Source: Octopus bimaculoides
Taxonomy: Eukaryota
Reading direction: 5' to 3'
Assembly: GCF_001194135.2 (NCBI RefSeq)
Contig: NC_068982.1
Span: 113,777,881-113,841,880 of the forward strand
DNA: 64,000 nucleotides
The notes beneath the pieces are model-generated. The model was not told the origin of the DNA and searched no databases. It worked only from the letters and a program-made list of their open reading frames with translations. The first letter of the stretch is position 1; each line of letters begins with the position of its first letter. The position numbers were made by a program, and so were the translations under genes. Below, piece by piece: positions 63,056-64,000 of the stretch.

Positions 63056-64000
63056 GGCTACGGTTGGTCGGTTTGCGTCCTGGCGGCAAATGGAGTGGAG
63101 ACAATTGCTGCGTAAATAAAAGTCAGTCAGGTGATGACACAGCAGGCGGGAATAAGTTGTTTTCTATTACGCTCGCATTTGTTTATATATAAACGTAAGA
63201 GAGGTAGTTTCACTACATGTCATACAAAACTCTTGCTTTTCTAAATATTGGAACTATCTATCGTTTAGTTTGTTTAGGAATATAATACTGGAAGGGCGCC
63301 AGAAAACAGCATCACATATTTTAGGTAAATGTCTTTCACCAGGAAGCTTTTATTGTTTTCGTGTTTAGCAAAAACTGTATTGATCTTGCTTTTATTTTCA
63401 GTGTGGTGTAGTGATTTTTATGTTAAGATCGTATTAGCTGATGAATTTTAATACGTTAAGTGATCACTACTATCGTATCTACTGTGATCCAAATGGAAGA
63501 TACTCAATTAACCTCAGTGTTCCTTATAAAATAACCAACCTCCGAATGTTAACTTGAAGGAGAACATTTAGTTATTCAATTAATCAGTAATAATTATCCC
63601 CACTAAAGGATTTATATGTAAGTTTTTTATATTACAACGCCGTTAGCTTCTGGAGTAGTATTTCTCAAACTAGGTTCCCCTGAGACCTCAGGTATCGCTA
63701 GAGCCTCCTCCCGAAACACTGAATAAAATTGTTAATTATATGCAAATGCATTTTTTTAAACTCGTTTTTGTGCTTAAGTTTTTATTCATAATTTTATTAT
63801 ATGTGCATCACATATTCTTCAAGGTAGGGGAATCTTCGTATCTGTAGATAGCAAAGAGATCATACGAGGTAAATAACCTTTTAACTGTGAATTGTGAGGA
63901 AATTTAGTCTTAAAAAGATTTGGGTTAAGATGAAATTTATTAAACTCCTTTTTGTGGTGTCAGGTGAATTTACCACGATCCAAACTTTAGAAAATGGTTT

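Noticed and set aside
1-64000. CRISPR arrays, rRNA, operons or other prokaryotic systems
   Set aside because: The sequence is eukaryotic; no repeat-spacer arrays or such genes were seen.

Overview
This is eukaryotic, AT-rich, repeat-dense genomic DNA with 7 assembly gaps. It is very probably octopus (Octopus sp.), judged from my recall of its SINE families; this is not database-verified. I cannot recognise any host protein-coding exon with confidence, and nearly all ORFs in the track are microsatellite, SINE or antisense-LINE artefacts. The window holds about 35 copies or fragments of at least four tRNA-derived or SINE-like families. It also holds decayed non-LTR retrotransposons of five groups (RTE, R4/Dong, Tx1/L1, HERO, Penelope-like), three MITEs (piggyBac-like, hAT-like, foldback) and many microsatellites. 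Best leads: (1) a tRNA-headed short element carrying a minimal type I hammerhead ribozyme with Penelope-like ends (39780-40100); (2) a non-circularly permuted hammerhead-like fold in the HERO 3' UTR; (3) a PHD finger inside the RT domain of two RTE copies; (4) a sharp CpG-depleted to CpG-retaining boundary near 31-34 kb; (5) a compact minus-strand TATA/CArG/E-box promoter followed by a 26-aa small ORF; (6) a pri-miRNA-like hairpin at 26411-26487. Boundaries are read by eye (about +/-10-30 bp unless a TSD or TIR is given), and all identity values are visual estimates.
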